NCBI RefSeq assembly: GCF_001194135.2
Contig: NC_068984.1
Coordinates: 52,998,430-53,062,429 of the forward strand
DNA from: Octopus bimaculoides
Lineage: Eukaryota
Direction: 5' to 3'
Length of the DNA stretch: 64,000 bases
Shown: piece by piece, positions 39,801 to 55,985 of the stretch
Position numbering within the stretch: the stretch's first letter is position 1
How the letters are laid out: the number at the start of each line of letters is the position of its first letter
The notes under the pieces: model-generated
Databases searched by the model: none
What the model saw: the letters and a program-made list of their open reading frames with translations, nothing else
Told to the model about the DNA's origin: nothing
Position numbers and translations under genes: made by a program

Positions 39801-42800
39801 CATCTCGGCTGAATAGTTATGCTCATATTCCATCACTGTCACTGCATTGTGTCCTGAAAAAGACAGCAGCTATGAAAAGCAGGCTAGGACACCAAATTGG
39901 TCAATTGTATGATTGTCAAGAGAGGATGACAAATCCTAAAACTTAAAGGAAACAGATGGCATGATATCTGGAAAAGCAACACCAAGAGGATTTATACAAT
40001 TGTTTCACTGACCCCTACCTCCTAAAATTTGTAATCTGTTCATGGCTATAAATGTTTAAAGGTGAAGTCAGAAGACTGTTACCTGAAGACGTTGAGGATG
40101 TGAACGATCAATGTAACGGCAGCCTTCAGTGTAGAGAACACCACCAAGTACAAAGTAGACAATTACAAGTATCATCAGTATCCAAGAAAATAGGAAGAAG
40201 AATCCAACAGCACTGAAATGGAAAAAAAAAAAATCACTATCACATTTTAGAACATTTAATTTTCTAGACAACTCAAATATTCTTAGTACTTCTTTGCATG
40301 GCATAAAAAAATTACGGTGGTATTTAAATCACACTTTCACATATCTCTGCCTTTACTTTTAGCAGATTTTCCAGTAGTATTTTTAATAAAACTTTTTTTT
40401 AAAAAATATTCCAACTGATTTATAAGAGATAATTTATAAATATAAGACATCTAAGAATACCAATGCAAAGAAAAACAACACTATTAGTTTCACTTACGTT
40501 AGAAGAAAATTAGCAGCAACATTTTTGTTACAACAATTACTATTTTCACCATGTCGTTCTCCACACAATCCAAAAAGGATCCCAAGATAAATGAATATGA
40601 CAATTAATAGGAGTATAGATGCTGCACCTAAACCAATGTACCATCTAAATGAAAAACAAAACAAAAAAGAAAACAATTGTAAAATATTAATAAATGAAAG
40701 TATCATATATGACATTAAAAAAATCATAAATTTTACAAAAAAAAAATTCAATAAAGTTTAAATTATTCCCAACTAAATTCAATAAGAAAGAGTGACTCAC
40801 GGAATGTTAATATAGTCTACATGTGCACGACGATATGCTTCAGCCTCATCTACTATGTTAGTGATCCTGTCAAATGGAACATCCTGTTTAAAGACAGAAA
40901 AATTGTGTATGTAAAACAAGACATTTTTAAAATCAAATCATCTCTGACAATCCTACAATAGTTACAGCCAAGAAATATTGTTCAACTTTAAAAAATGTCT
41001 ACATGTCAATCCCTTTCAGTTACAAATTATGTTTGCTATGCTGAAGTTTTAAAGTGTAGAAATGAAAAATTATTTTGCTGTTTTATTTGTTGCTATGTTG
41101 CTTAACACTTAAGTCAGTTCTAATCAAGTAGAATGATGATTACAGGCACCTCAGGATAATAACACTGTATGATTAGGGGTTGTACAGTGTCAGATAAAAC
41201 CATTCTATAGACAACTTCGGAATATAACAATATCTGTCAGAGTGACAACTGTCGTCAAAAGACAGATACAACAGTGGCAAAAGACTGCTTTACGACAATA
41301 TTATTGCTATACCGTTCATTTTTAAGATGATAGTGATTTGAAGATTTGGCTGATATTTTTAGTAGGTTAAATAACTACATAGAGGCTCTATCCTTGATTC
41401 ATGTACAGAAGATCAAACATGCATGAGCTGTTTTTTTTATGGTTTACTAAGAGGAGGAAGAGCAGTGTTCAACCTTTTTCAGGTTGTCTGAATGCCAGCA
41501 ATAGAGTGGACTCAGCAAAAACACACAAGCACAAAGTGATGGTATAAACCAGGCCACAAATTAAACATATCATTCAGTAACAGAATTTGTCCCTCCAATA
41601 CATTTCCACACTGAGATGATCTAATTAAGTTACTAGGGTTGTTGTAGTGACAGTATAATGACTAGAGTAAGAAAGGGGTGAAAGTTCAGACAGTTGGTAA
41701 CTCTGTAAGCAATAAAATGTTTCTTTCTCCTTCCAAACGTAAGACTAAAATATGTGTAACTGTGATGTTATGAATGACAATAAGACATGATCATTGAATG
41801 TGGAAGATCTATGAAGACCAGAAATGAGTGGAGCAAGTGTAATGTTAACTTAAATGAAAGGTGAAATGCAAATGAGATGAAGCAAAAAAAAAAAAATTGA
41901 TCTTAAGTTTTTGTTCATGTGACATCCAAGCATTTCACTTCCATTAATGAGCTGCTTGATTTCATAGTTTTTATAATCAAGCCAGTCTTGGCTCCACTTT
42001 AATGAAATATGACAGTATATGCTATCTCAGTGATGATATTTCAAATTGATGACTATTTTTCATCAAGAGAGTGATTAATGTAGGGTCTGAAATCAGTTCT
42101 AGATGAAGATTTGTTTGAAATCTCTCTCTAATTTTCAAGCTTTGAAATGTTATATTTTCTTCAAAATGATAATGACTTAGTTTTATGATTTAATGCGAAT
42201 GATGATTTTCAAGTGTATGATGATGAGACAGTAATCGGTTGAGCCAAGTCATCAGCAGTCGGTTCTGTTCTGGAAAAGAGGATATTTTTTTTATCTTGTT
42301 GATGGTCTCAATCCTGATGCTTTTCACTTTTTACTTTCCAAAAGAAAGTATAACCATAACCTGTCTCTTCAAGTTTTCTTTTTCTTGAAAGAAGTGTTCC
42401 ACACAGGGCAGAAGTTCAGATATTGAAACAAGAAAGCTCTTTCAAGTTGAGAGTCGCATGTCATTCTGGTCCACCATGTAAATTCTTAACTATACAGCCA
42501 TGTATGTACAGGGTGGCCCAAAAGTAGGTTTACAGTTATTCAACTATCTCTTCTGCATTCATATATTAACAGTTTTGATCTTAATTATAAAAATATATGA
42601 AACCATTATTCTATGCTAATTCAATTAATTGTAAGATAGTAATTTAAATGTAATAAAATGTTTTAAAAGAAATTTAAAGTGCCTGCATGATAACTGTAAA
42701 CCTACTTTTGGGCCACCCTTTTTTAGTGTTTTATTTTTTGGCTTCTTAATCTCATTTGCATGTTAGCTTTCATGAAAGTTGTTTTTTTGTAGATATAGAT

Positions 42801-45800
42801 ACATGCATGCATACAGACAGACAGAAAGACATACAGGTACACAAACACACTTTTATTAAACTTTTAATTAACAGAAAGTTACAAAAGTGATTCAAGGTCT
42901 GAGAATTTTGTGCATAACACTTATCAAACTGACTTAAAATCTGTGAACTTGTTTTATTTTTTTTATATAGTGTGTTTTGCACCTTCAAAAACGTGAAATA
43001 AGAGATCCTTTACTTGAAAACCAGTTAATGGTTAGTGATAGGAAGGGCACCCAGCAGTAAAGCAATGTCTCAATAATATATTCAACTAACCCATGCTACC
43101 ATGAAAAACTGGATGAAGAAAACAATGTGTGTGCAAATTGTAATTAACCTAAGTAAATCAGGTCTTGAGAGTAATGTAGCTTAAGTGAACACAACCATTC
43201 AACAGAGATAAACAGATTATTAAATTAAGTACAGGAGTTAAAAGAATTAGCTAAAATAACCCAAGTGTGACCAAAACAGTGAATGAAAAACATTGAAAGG
43301 AGGCAGCTATGTTGATGGACCATCAGCTGTTAAATTAGTAGTGATGGTGATATGTTGTGTTAATTATGCTCTAATAAGCCAAGGTTATTAGGTATTTTCT
43401 TTAGTTTTATAGTCAGTGTTTCCCATCAAGATTTACTTCTGCTGACTTTGAAATATATGAAGGAAAAGGAAGAAATAATACTTACTTCTTTTGATTTATT
43501 AAGTGTTTTCAATGTACTCTCAACACTGTCCGTTACTTCGGTGAGATGTTTTCGAACATCTAAATAGAATTTTAAAAACATTAGCTAAAGAGAGATACAT
43601 TTCAAGTACCAACATTGGAATTAACAAAATGCAATGGGGAATTTAACTGGAAGTTAATTACTGAAATCTTTTATATCACACTGAATCCATCTTTGTCTTA
43701 GTACCTTCTTTACTGTAGTTATTCTATAGCTAAGAGAAATAACATAATATTTTTCATCACCTTTCATCACTACAGCAGCTTTCAACAGTTAAGAGGCATT
43801 AGATAGAGCATCTGGTCACAGGTTTTGAACTTGGTACTGTAAGCTAACAACACATGCTGACATTAGAGCATTCATTTTTTTCAACAGTGTGTTCTACCTA
43901 CTTACATTATGTGTTTGACAGGCATCAGTGAGAGTAAAATATCTTAGCTCTTTAGATAACAAAACGTTGGTGGCTGGCTACAAGCTGTCAATCCTTGGTC
44001 CAGTAGCATGTCAGCCTATCAATTTATCTTCTGTATCTCTTAATAACATTGTGGTATTAATTTACAGTAAGACACCCTTATTACTTAAACAATCATAGTT
44101 ATTGCCACCAACTTTTAAGTCATAAAAGAAGCTAAAAATAAAACTATCAGTCAAGTCAATAACATAAACTGACATTACATAATTTGGAAATATTACATTA
44201 CTCACTCTCTCAAACAGTACTGCTTTGTATTTATGATCAAGATATGTTTCTATTTAGCATACTTCAAATAAAGTAGCAGCTCAACAGCATTTACAATGAT
44301 GTTTAGATGTAAAATATTTCATCTCAGAAAAATTAGCAAAGAACAAATCATTCCATGATCCATTGGGTTTAATAAGGCTGGTGTTTATCTATGACTAATG
44401 AAGCATTTGGAACAATGGACAAATTACAATTTGATAGGATACTTATTTATTACAACTTTCATAGATAGGATTATTTAGTCAGAAAAAGAGCAATGTACAA
44501 GATATTTGCAGGCTTCCCAGATTGATGAGAATTATGTGACTGATATCTAACCTGAACATCTACAAGAAAGGCAAAACCAAATGATCTGATTCAACAACAG
44601 AGGGCACTCTGCTTAAAACACCCAAGAATCAAATAGTATTAAACTAAGTAGCATGGTAAGTCTACATATTCTCCCATTAGTATGGACAATACAGCGTTTT
44701 TCTGGGAACACAATGAAACCCATAGTTGATATGAACTCATTCTACATGGTTATTTCAGGGGAAATAAAAAATAAAGCACATACAGTGAATATAACAAGTT
44801 CATGTCAATCTCTGTTGAATTATGAACAAGTTCATAATTCAACATAAATCTATTGAAATATTCAAATTTGCAAATCCATCTAATGCATGCAAACAGGAAA
44901 AAGTAGAATATGGAACAAAATAGACTTTGAGCCAGTTAGAAAAAATAATGGGATACTAACTACATTAAGATAATTAAATATCAACAATAACTTACTATTT
45001 TTATTTTTGTCCAGAACTGAAGAAATATTAGAGGAAATATCTTCAAACTTTTCTCTAGCCTGCAATGAGAATTCAAAAAGAATGTTACAATATCAACTTC
45101 AGCTACTTTTAGTCTGCTACAAGTTACTATACAGGGCAACTGTGAAGTCTGGATATATATATGAAAATGCATACTTGCAATAATTTTATTCACCTAGATC
45201 AATAGTTCTCAACCATTTTTTGCCTGTGGATTCTTTTGATTCCTCTTTTTCATTAAATAGACCCCTGTAGCCATTTGCAATTTTAAAGCAATCCCATTAT
45301 ATTTTTATAATTAAATACTATTAGGAATTGCATAAAAAAAATTGTTAAAATATTTTGTGTATTGTAAAATATTTTGTGTATTATACTTATAACCAATTTT
45401 TTTGCATATAAATTTTAACAACAAAATCTTATATGGACCCCAGTTGAGAACCACTAAGTCAAATTAATGAATAACATTTTCAACATGTTTTCTACCATCA
45501 GTGACATACTTTGTGAGATTTCCATGAACGCAATGCAATTTGAGCTCATTCATTCATCTTGACTTCGTGGTCATTCTGTAGTATATAACTATCTTTTACC
45601 ATAATACAACTTTTTCTTATTCAAGTGGAAACTTCAATATCAAGGTCAAGGATTTTATTAAATAACTGAATTAGTTTGAAAAGAAAAAAAGAAAAAAAAA
45701 AGACACATGCTGGGAAAATATGTGTCATCAATTGGCAGTAGATGTAGATCAGAGAACTAGAAAATAGGAAAGATTTCAAGACTGAATTTCAGAAAAATAC

Positions 45801-48800
45801 ATCGAGAGATGCTAAATTTCAAAAGTTGATAATGGTAATATAAGCTGTTTTCCTATTAGTACCTTGTATAGAATAATTTTAATGTAATCTTTTCCTCTAT
45901 ATCTAACAACTAAACTATCAACATACAAGAACCTAGGGGGTAAATCTTCCTTATTCCAAAGCATATGACTTATTTTTCTTATACATTTTAAGTTGTGTAT
46001 TTGTTGTATAAGTATCCTTAACAAACCAAACTGGCCAAAATTATTTAACAAAAAAACAAAACAAAAGTAAATATGTAAATGAATTAAAAACTCTAGCAAT
46101 GCTAGAGAAAAAGTCCTATAATTCTTTAGAAAAAAGGAATCCAACAAAAGCTGTATTGAGAGAGCTGTTTAGGTCATAAATGAAAGGATTAAAAATAGGT
46201 TCAAGATTATTAACTAATCCAGTGAATAAATTTAAGGTTGTGTGAGTGTCAAGTATTTATAATTAAGGTAATTTGCTTTCACTTTGTGTTGTCTCTTCAC
46301 TTTTGAAGTGAAAATGATGACATTCAAGACCAAGTACTGAAAGAACCTTCTTTCTAAGCAATAAAGGTTCTTACAGCAAACCAGCCCAGCAGAAGTTTAA
46401 AATGTTTCCTATTCCAAGCTTTAGAAGTCTGAAAATAATTAGCTCCTTGTTTATGGCTTCAAGTCTGTCTTACTACAACAAACCTATAATCAATTTTTAA
46501 GCCTGGTACTTATTCCATCAGTGTCTGTTGCCAAACTGCTAAGTTACAGGGACATAAACAAACCAACACCAGTTGTCAAGTGGTGGTGAGACAATCACAA
46601 AGACATACACTCAGAGATACATACATATATATATACATATGTATGCATATATGACATGCTTCTTTTAGTTTCTACCTACCAAATCCACTCACAGGCTTTG
46701 GTCAACTCAGGGCTATAGCAGAAGACACTTGCTCACGGTGCCACATAAGGGGACTGAACTCAGAACCATGTGGTTGGGAAGCAAACTTCTTGCCACACAG
46801 TCTAGTCTTGTGTAATATATAGGAATGAAGTAGGTAACCACAGATTATTTCTTAGGCTGTAGTAGATAAGAGGTTTAAAATAGATTATTATTTAGGCTAC
46901 AGTAGGTTAAGTGAAAACAACTGACTATTGTGTAGGTTAGAGTGTGTAGAAGGTGTCAGCAGGATAAAAAGTAGATCAACAAAGATACAATATTTCAAAT
47001 GTGTTACTTTACAAACACAATTTGTATTGTGTATTCAAAACCTTGAGGCCATAAACTGACAATAATCTACAGGAAGTAGTTATAGTGTTATCTAAGTGAC
47101 TGTTGATTTATTGCATTTCCAGTAGTGAGAATGAGAAGATAGTCTGACCAAACCAGGGAGAACAAAGGCAAAAACGTATTTTATATGGTCTGAAAGCCCA
47201 GTTTATCATTTTTCTCACAGGTGTAAACATCCTTTGCAGACATATATTGGTGAATGACAAACACACACATCATACTAGTGCAAATTCTTTCTACTAAATC
47301 CCATTCATAGAACAGTGATAAGTGAACCGAAGACTATGGGTAGAAGACATTTGCCTGAGGATCAAATCTGCATTCAGAGATGATTGAGAAACAAACTTCT
47401 AAAGCACACATCCAAACAACCAAGTCTGCATCCATTAGAAATTCAGAAATATAAATTTGAAATACATATAACTTACTTCAACAGCAAGATGGGAAATATT
47501 CAAGGCTTTGTCTAATTTTGTCAACATTGCTTTTTGGGAATCCAGCTGAAAAAAAATTGGAGGGTGGTGGCTATAATTAGTTTTAACGAAGAGGGGAAAA
47601 AGATATTAGTAAACAAGAAAACAATTACATCTACATTTCAATTTCAAAGAGACATGTTGTTTAGCCTAGGTCAATCCTAACTGAACAGACAGACCTATGA
47701 TGAAGCTGTTCAAGCCTTGCCCATCTTTCCTTTTTTTAAATAATGTATAAGAGTATATTATCCAAGTGCGTCTTCTACTTTTGCAACTGCCAGAGTATGA
47801 TTTGGGGAAGATTTGGCTGCTATTTCTAGCAGACTGATAAATCCATACAGAGGTTCCTCATTGATTTGATACTGACTATGTTAGTGATATTGATAAAGAT
47901 GGCTCAATAAGCAAAGATCTTGCTTTTCCAGGATTATTTTCAAAGGCAGGTTAATGCAGTGGAGTATTAATAGCAAGATTCTAAGTTCAAATCTTGCTAC
48001 ACTGTCATATAGTTACACTAGGTAAGGGCACCATCTTTAATTAGCACCAAACCTACACATTTTGATAGTGATGGGAAATGAGCAGCCAGTTGAAAACACA
48101 CATGCTCTAAAAATACGAAGCTATCCAAGATTTTCAAACTCCACAGCCGTTGGTGTGGAGACAAGTGTGTAAAATATCTTAGAAGCTCCTCATTATATAA
48201 ATTACAATAAACATCGATTTCCTACATTAAATGTTGAACAAAAATCTGTTGAAAATATGACATTGACACATGATAGGGGGAAAAAAATTATTGTTTAGCC
48301 AAAACAAGCCCTGATTGAGCAAATATTTGATCAAAGGCATTTCAGCTGTGATCATCCTGTCTACTTCTTAGACATAGAGAATCAAGAACTATATTATCCA
48401 ATGTGTAGTTCCCTTTTTTTAAAAAAATAATAAGGTGTATAATATGAGAAATTTTGCAACTCTTTCCAGCAGGTCAAGTGACCACGTAGTGGTCCAGCAT
48501 TGGTTCAATGATGTAAAAGTTATAAAATGGTGATCAATCATCTAGAACCGTGTACAATTAAAATGTAATTAGGAGTTTCAAAAACTCACCTTGCTAAAAT
48601 TTGCAACCACTTCCGTGCTTTTAACATAATTTTTGATGTCATTACAATTGGTGCAATTTTTCAGTTCATCTAAAATTACTTGTTTTATATCTGTCAAGTT
48701 AGATTCTAGTGTTTGGCCAAGCACAGTTAAATTATCCAGAGAGTGGCTCAGATTGCTCACTGAGTTTCTTAGGTCTTTTATTTCTGAAAAAAATAACACA

Positions 48801-51800
48801 AATTAATCTTAAACAATACAATATGCCATAGAGTATAAGAATTCTAACCAATTTGTAAAAGATAAAAGCAGAACTAAATTCTTTTTTTGATTCCTATTTT
48901 ATCAAGAATTCATTGAAAGTATCTGGCTCACCAGATACTCTAATCATCATCATTTACTGTCTGTTTTCCATGCTGGCATGAGTTAGACAGTTTCACTGGA
49001 ACTGGTAAGCCTGGTTCCAGTCTGTTTTAGCATAGTTTCTATGGCTAGATGTCCTTCCTAATGCCAACCATTCCCCAGAGTGTACTGGGTACTTTTTATG
49101 TGTCACCAGCACAGGTAGGTACTTTTTACTGGTCACCGGCACTGGCCATGATTACGATTTCACTAAGCTTGACCTGTCTTCTCAAGCACATTGAAAATTA
49201 AATAGCAGAATTAATCAATACGATAACAGTTTAATATTTAGACATTTATTCTATCAGACTTTCATAATAGGAAGAGTTTTCCTCTTTAATTTGATTCTAA
49301 CAAAAGAGTTTATCTTTACCCCAAAATCTAAGAGGAGTTAATAAGATTATAATTTTTCAATTAACCTCATTTTAATTATGATGAAACATATTTCTAAATA
49401 TTTACATCTACACTATATTTTAATCAGTTTGATTGTTGATTGTCAACAAGTGTTTCATTCCTGCTAAAGGTCAAGAAGTTCTACTTGGTAACTACATGGT
49501 TTCAAGTTCAATTTTACTGTGTGGCACCTTGAGCTAGTGTCTTCTAATATAATCCTCCTGGATCAACCAAAGCCTTGAGTGAAATGTGACAGATGCAAAC
49601 TGTGTAAAAGCTCCTATTGGATGGACCAGTTCTACTTTTGGTTGGCAGACTTAAATCTATAACCCTGTTTAATACAACCAACTGGCCTTCAGATGCTTTT
49701 TGCAGAGTCCACTCTGTTGCAAACTTTCAACAAAAATCTTTAGTCTGAGGCTAACTTTCTCTTGCAAGTCTTGATTCTGAAAAAGGTCATAGGCTCTGCT
49801 CTTCCTCTCCTGGCTAAACAACATAAAAATACAAATATCAGACTCATTTCAAGCTGAAAACCTTTATTGCTAAACTATGTGTGTTAGTAGTGACAACACA
49901 TAACCTATTGGTTGAGGTGCTGCACTAATGATTGTAAAATCATGGGTTTGATTCCCAGACCAGGCAGTGCTTGTGTTCTTGAGCAAAAATTCTTCATCTC
50001 ATAATGTTGTGCAATCACTTCAACATCTGATGTATGGCACATCATGCACCTGTCAAGCAATGTTGATTTGATGGAGAGAGTGAGTTAATGTGCAATGCAA
50101 ACATATGATCACTATAAACATATCATCTATGTAGGTTGTTCAGCAAGAAATTGCAGAACTTCTTTCTCAGACTTGAGAAACTACCATTTCTGTTAGTGAA
50201 TCAGGGGTAAAAATAGCTTTAGTGTTTTTGGTAAAAGCAAGGAGAGTGAATTTCTAGGCCCTGACAGAGCTTTAAAATCCTCAACAGTTAAGAGATGATC
50301 GTGTGCCTGGATACACTGATTGTGCTAAATAATTCCTGCTAAAATTGTTCAACAACTACTTCTAGTTGGTTGTTCAGGCTGCTGCAGCAGAGAACAGCAG
50401 TTGCTGTGTTTCCCAATACAGTTACTCAGTACTTTTCTCAATACTGACAGTAGGAATTAAGGGCTTTTGTAGAAAGTAGGACACATATTGAAGTTAAAGG
50501 GGGAAGATTCCTAGCATGGTATTGCAGTCACTTGTAGAAGGTAATGGTGTTATAATCTTGAGTTTAGAAATAAACATTCCAAGTTTGAATCAAGTCTGGT
50601 TTAATGCAGATACATAGGAATAAAACACTTGATGATGAGCAGAGATCAAACTGATTAAAATCTCCAAATGCAAATCCAAAAATGAAACTTCATTTCTAAA
50701 GATGGGGTTAATACCCCAACAATTATAATCATTAAAATTAATAAACACAATTAGCACGGGCATCATATCCTCTCTTGCTTTTGTTGAAAACACTATGAAC
50801 TACAATGTGCAACAAAATTTTAATTTTTTCTTGTCTTTGGTCAGTAAATGTTAACCCCAACCCTATTTGAATCTACCTAAAAATCAAAGGAAATAACTAC
50901 TATTCCCTTCAAACTTTGCTTTAGTGATCTGAACTCCATTACATTTCAGACAGATTAAGCACAGAGTTGCTGAAGTAGAAGTATTGTTATAGCAAATATT
51001 CTGCTCAATACCACAGATTTGCTTGTCAGTTGCTTGACCATAACGACTTGAGCATGTCCCTTAGTGACTGACAATGTGAGCATCTCTGATCATGAGCAGG
51101 AGTAGTGGGGGAGCATCATAGCCATGTGTTGAGAGGGATTCTTTGAAATTTGAATAAAAGTAACAAAATTAAAGTTTGAAGGAAATATTAGCCATTTTTC
51201 ATACTTTGAAGAGGTAAGCAAATAAGAAATAACAGTTGCTACCCAAGAACAAAAACCATGTTACACAGTGCTATAAATTCCAGAGAGCACAACACTTCAC
51301 ATAAACTTAAATCAGCAGATGCAGACATTTTGGTTTCAAATTTTGACACAATGTTAGCAATTTCAGGGGAGAGGGTAAGTTGATTACATCAACCCCAGGG
51401 CTCAACTGGTACTTATTGACCCTAAAAAGATGAAAGGCAAAGTTGAACTCAGAATGTAAAGACAAGCAAATAGTGCTGATCATTTTACCTGGTGTGCTAA
51501 TGATTCTGCTAGTTCACAGACTAGAGTAGATGTAGACATATTAAAATTTTAATGTGAATGAGTTACTGTGCTATAATCTAGTGTCATAGATTGGTTATAA
51601 TTCAAAACAGCTTCACAGAAAACTAAATTGTGTTTATATGTGTTTATCTATACGTTATTTGGAGGCGAAATGGCAGAGTGGTTAGGGTAGGGTCGTAGGA
51701 TCGCGGTTTCGATTCCCAGACCGGGCGTTGTGAGTGTTTATTGAGCGAAAACACCTAAAACTCCACAAGGCTCCGGCAGGGGATGGTGGTGAACCCTGCT

Positions 51801-54800
51801 GTACTCTTTCACCACAACTTTCTCTCACTCTCTCTTCCTATTTCTGTCAGCCTTGTCACACTCTGTCACGCTGAATCTCCCCGAGAACTACGTTAAGGGT
51901 ACACGTGTCTGTGGAGTGCTCAGCCACTTGCATGTTAATTTCACGAGCAGGCTGTTCCGTTGATTGGATCAACTGGAACCCTCGTCATCATAACTGACGG
52001 AGTGCCAACCATATGTTATTTATCTTAATTACAGGCACAGGTCATGGATGTGTAGTAAGAAGTCTGCTTCTCAACCAGATAATTCCAGGCTCAATCCCAC
52101 TGTATGGAATCTTAGGCAAGTGTCTTCTGTTATAGCCCCTGGCCATCCAAAGCCTTCTGAATGGATCTGGTAGATGGAAACTGAAAGAAGCCCGGTGTGT
52201 GAATGTGCATGTGTGTATGTGTGTTTATACTCTACCACTGCTTGACAACTGGTGCTGGTTTGTTTGTGTTCATGTAACTTAGCAGTTTCGTAAAACAGCT
52301 GATAGAATAAGTACCAGGCTTAAAAAAAAAAATAGAAAAAAAAATGTGAGAATGATTCATTTGACTAAAGCCCTTCAAGGCAGTGCCCTAACATGACCAC
52401 AGTCCAATGACCAAAACAAATGTAAGATAAACAATAAAAGATAATTGCAAAATTTATCTTCCAACTGCTCAACAGCAGAAATGAGTACATGGAAGTAAGT
52501 ATGGTTACTATGTTATCTCAAAAATATCTAATAACACGGCAAGCACTTACCTTCTCCAAACACTTCTACTTTATTCAGTAATGAAGTAGCATTAATACTT
52601 TTATCAAACAATTCTAAAGTGTGGTTACCAGCATCTGATAATAAAAAAGATAAAGTCTAAGTAGGGTCCTGTTAAATAAATGAATGAATATAAAGTATTT
52701 TCATTTCAATTTCATTTATTCTAAATTGTATGTCAATGTATTTTGATGTACTTTCAATTTATTTTAAAGTACTAAAAATTTGTATAACTTTTCATTTGGC
52801 TAACCTGTATATCTCTGGACTAAATAAAAAAACATTTTTATAAAATCATCAAGACAGGTTTTAGACATGCAAAACGAAACTTACTAGAGAAAAGCAATTA
52901 CATAAGAAAATAATTTTGAAAAGTTAACTGTAACATTAGTGAAATATTGTTTCCATTACTAAAGAACACAGTATTACTGGCTTAGATGTTACTAAGGGAG
53001 ACTACTTTGCATAGCGTGAAATACTAGGTAGATATCTGGGAGCCACTACACAGGCGTTTGATTTGCTAAAAATAGCAACCAAATCTTCGCCAATCATACC
53101 CTACCATCTTGAAAAACAGAAAATATGTATATTTAAAACCTTCCCCAATGTAGTCTTGGACATACAAAAAGCCAGGATGGTCACAGCTGGAATACCTTTG
53201 ATCTTAAGTGCACTCAAGTGAGCCTTATCTAGAGCTAAATAAGGACAATTATGCAAGTAACACACACACACATTGTTTTATGTTTATTTTAACTTGAATA
53301 AATAAGCATTATGTTTGACTGAGTAATCTAAGTGCTAATGTAATTTTCAGGTGGAATTACCAGGACACAATGTGACAAAGCTGGACATTTTCATTATATG
53401 TACAATCTATGTAACAGTCTTCCACACAATTTCTGGCTGTCCAATTTCACTCATAAAGTTTGGGAAAATCTGAGGCAATGGTAAAAGACACTTACCCAAG
53501 ATGCCAGGACTTAGTGATTGTGAAAGTGAGCTTCACAACAATTTCGCCAGGCTATAACTAAAATACATAGATTTAATCCATCAGCCAATTTAACCAACAG
53601 TACCTGGCTCAGATTATCTCTATTGGAGTCCAGACCATTAGAAGCACTAGGACTGATATCTGGTCTGAAGATAACTCGTTTCAGTAATTTCTTAATGGTT
53701 ATCAAACTAAGATAGATATGTCAGTTAGCTCCCCTTTATGTGAGCTAAGACATTTTCAATATGGATACTTCTCTTTCAAGTTCATATCAACAAGACGATA
53801 AAAGGATGATTTCTACCAAGGTTACTTATACCAGATACACTACATGATGACAAGATATTCAGCAGTGCTCTCATATATAAATGACTAGATCATTAAACAA
53901 ACCAATATAAGAACCTCTATGTAGTAGTTTAACCTGCAGAAAATAGCAGATACACTTTACCTTTGAAGTGAACTTTGTACTTTGCTGGCAATTATTTTAT
54001 TAACCCTCTGATAAGCATGAAATTTATAGCGAAAGGGTACAAAACTTAAGACACTTAATCTGATGCTCCAGTATTTACTTTAAAGAGAAAAATGTTTTAA
54101 AATCAAACATGGTAAAGTGTATGGTAAAATAATGAGGAAATGCCAGAAGTCCAGGATATATGAACTTGATTTTGATAGCATAAATGGTAGACATTTTGGA
54201 AAAATTATGAAAGGATTAAAGTAACATGTAATCCAACACTACATAAGTTATTAATGTCTGGCTATTAATGAAATGAACAAAACCTTCAGCATTTGTAGTT
54301 GTCATAAAAATTTAAAACTTTTCTTACCATCAATTTCTTTTAATATATTTTTCTCCAAAGATTTAGTTTCCGTTTGAATAATAGATTTTATATCCTGTTG
54401 ATGAAAAGAAACCCCAAAACCTTTAGCTTCTGTTAACTCAATTATGTGATCAGGCTTCAATAGACAAGTACATCTGACATTTTAATAAAACCTTTAAAGT
54501 TTAAATTTTATTGTGGTTAATAGATTACTAGCGGACTTGCAAGGAAAAGGCTGACACTTTATAACTGAAATGCAAATTACAATAACTTAATGTTTTCTTA
54601 TACTAGCATGAAATAAATGTTTAAACAGGTCGGAGGGGAGTGGGAGAAAGAAATTGTGACCATTATGCTGTTCCTATATTAATAACACAAGTAGCTCCAT
54701 CTGACAATCAAAACTGGATTGCAAACTTGGTTTACAGGGAATCTATTGCCACAAAAATTTCTTGCACAGATATAAAGGCTCAGATTTATATGAATGTTGA

Positions 54801-55945
54801 AATGAGATTATGGTTTTCTCAAATGAGTGAATGAATAAGGCTGTGAATGGATATCAACTTGATTTGATGAAGGTTTCACACTACACTACAATGTCATTAA
54901 TAAGAATAATTTCTAAGACTGGATAAGGGCCACAATCTTTTGTCGGGGAGGAGAAAGAGGGGTATTGTTTCTCATAGGGAGGGTTGCAGTGAAGGTTGAA
55001 AAAAGTAAGCAAATTGCAATATTTAATAAAAGTAATAAAACCATCATGAATAAGGAATAATATGAATGCAAAATTATTTTGTTTTCTCATTAATAAAAAG
55101 TTTGGGGGCAAAAATTTTACTAATTTTTTTGGTGAGGGAACTGATCTTTGTTAGTCTCAGAACCACTCAAATTAAACCAAAATACTTTATTTTTAAAAAT
55201 AATAAGTAATAATATAGACACAGGCATGATTGTGTAGTTGAGAAGCTTGCTTCTCAACCATGCTGTCTTGGGTTCAGTCTCACTGATAGAATAACTAGCA
55301 GATTTAAAAGTACTGTGGTCAATTTGTTCAATTAAACCCATGGCTGCAGTCCAATGACTGAAACAAGTAAAAGTTAAATAAAGTGTACTTTGCTTAAAAT
55401 TAGTACACATAGCTGATGACAAACCTAAACTACTTAACTATACACTCACAGTTTTGTTCATGTTTATCTATGGGCAATAACAGGAACCATCCCTCTGATC
55501 ATCATTATATATAATTATGGAATAATTATAATAATATGGAATAAAGGGTGTATAATGAACTAGCAGACCTCCTAATGAAACTTAAAGAGTTAATTTTATA
55601 TAGCTATTTATCCCTGCTACTGAAAGTCATTGCTCATTACAAGAAATGAAAAGACCATATCAATAAAATTATAAACAAGAACATATATACAAGCTGAACA
55701 GAAAGAGAAATAAAATTCTATACCCTTCTCAGACTATTCTTTTCCCTTCTCTCCAGACTTTTACCTCTATCCAACAAAGAGCCATACTTGAACCATCACA
55801 CCCGCTCTTTCCTCCATCTTAAACTTTCTCTGTTAACCTAATACATTCACTGTTTATGTCCTTTGATTTTTGTTGTTTTTCCTGCTTTTTGTTTTGCCTA
55901 TATATATATATATNNNNNNNNNNNNNNNNNNNNNNNNNNNNNNNN

Positions 55946-55985
<40 letters not shown>

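Noticed and set aside
52805-52819. 15-nt frame-preserving microexon candidate
   Set aside because: Only splice-like dinucleotides support it; such matches are expected in AT-rich introns and the flanking exons join well without it
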